This document shows positions 63,450-64,000 of a stretch of DNA of 64,000 bases, one piece after another. The DNA lies in the NCBI GenBank assembly GCA_965243395.1, contig CBDEUS010000001.1, positions 768,001 to 832,000 on the forward strand, read 5' to 3'. The stretch is from Gammaproteobacteria bacterium. GTDB lineage: Bacteria; Pseudomonadota; Gammaproteobacteria; UBA4575. Positions within the stretch are counted from its first letter, which is position 1. Each line of letters starts with the position of its first letter. A program made the translations under genes and the position numbers. The notes below the pieces were generated by a model. That model saw nothing but the letters and a program-made list of their open reading frames with translations. It had not been told where the DNA came from and did no database searches.

Positions 63450-64000
63450 TTAGCCCCAAACTTCCGACGCAGTCTCCACTAGTGTGCGCAGTTTAACTTT
63501 TTGGTCATCGATTTCGAGCTCGTTACCTTCGATAGAAGTTGCGAATCCACATTGTGGAGAAATGGCAAGGCGTTCTAGCGGACAGTATTTGGATGCTTCC
63601 ATAATCCTTGTACGCAACATATCAACGCTTTCATGTCTAGGTGATTTAGTAGTAACCAGGCCCAATACTGCTGTCTTGTCATCGGGAACTTTGGCTAGCG
63701 CTTCAAACGAACCAGAGCGCTTGTCGTCATATTCGAGCATGAGTCGATTGGCTTTAATTCCGGTGAATATTTGGGATGCAATTTTGTCGTACCCACCTTC
63801 AACCAACCATCTACTTCCTTGATTTCCTCGACACAAGTGAAATGCAAAACTAACACCCGGACGATTTCCGATAACGTGATTATCAAGATCTAAACCGAAG
63901 CTCAGCCACTGATCTCCGGCATTACCTCGTTGTGTGTAAAACTGCCGAAACTTCGGGTCAAGCAGCAACGTGTAGTGTGGTGCATCGATTTGAAAGTATG
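63450..64000 (-). CDS. cobalamin-independent methionine synthase II (MetE C-terminal-like) family protein, 5' end outside window
   Basis: Zn-ligand motifs HLCRGN, LEYD, SPQCGF. Frame stays open to the window edge (YFQIDAPHY). Confidence 0.88.
   Translation of the reverse strand, partial: YFQIDAPHYTLLLDPKFRQFYTQRGNAGDQWLSFGLDLDNHVIGNRPGVSFAFHLCRGNQGSRWLVEGGYDKIASQIFTGIKANRLMLEYDDKRSGSFEALAKVPDDKTAVLGLVTTKSPRHESVDMLRTRIMEASKYCPLERLAISPQCGFATSIEGNELEIDDQKVKLRTLVETASEVWG

Overview
AT-rich gammaproteobacterial chromosome segment made mostly of housekeeping genes. These include envelope, competence and lipid A genes (lolC/E-lolD, DUF2062, comEC, exbBD-like, msbA-lpxK-ycaR-kdsB), a GldAFG-like ABC transporter, purB/fumC/acnA, hflD-mnmA-nudJ, clpSA, infA, fabDG-acpP-fabF-pabC-mltG-tmk-holB-pilZ, sucAB-lpdA, fadIJ and bioA. 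I see no tRNA, rRNA, CRISPR array, transposase or integrase. Three accessory patches stand out. (1) 21.1-26.6 kb holds a GGDEF-EAL protein, DUF1097 (with an NtrC-like box upstream), a divergent DUF2182/DUF1326 pair and a clear c-di-GMP-I riboswitch that has no sense gene directly downstream. The riboswitch ends in a CU-rich tail complementary to its own aptamer and points antisense into DUF1326. (2) 49.5-55.2 kb holds a four-gene operon (retropepsin-like protease, inactive transglutaminase-7TM, ATP-grasp ligase, exported M14 peptidase) next to a lipoprotein with an apparent Cys-His-Asp triad. (3) 61.5-64 kb holds ABM and SnoaL genes, a PhnD-like binding protein with no signal peptide or permease, and a MetE-like Zn enzyme. 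All family assignments come from motif recognition by eye, not database searches.
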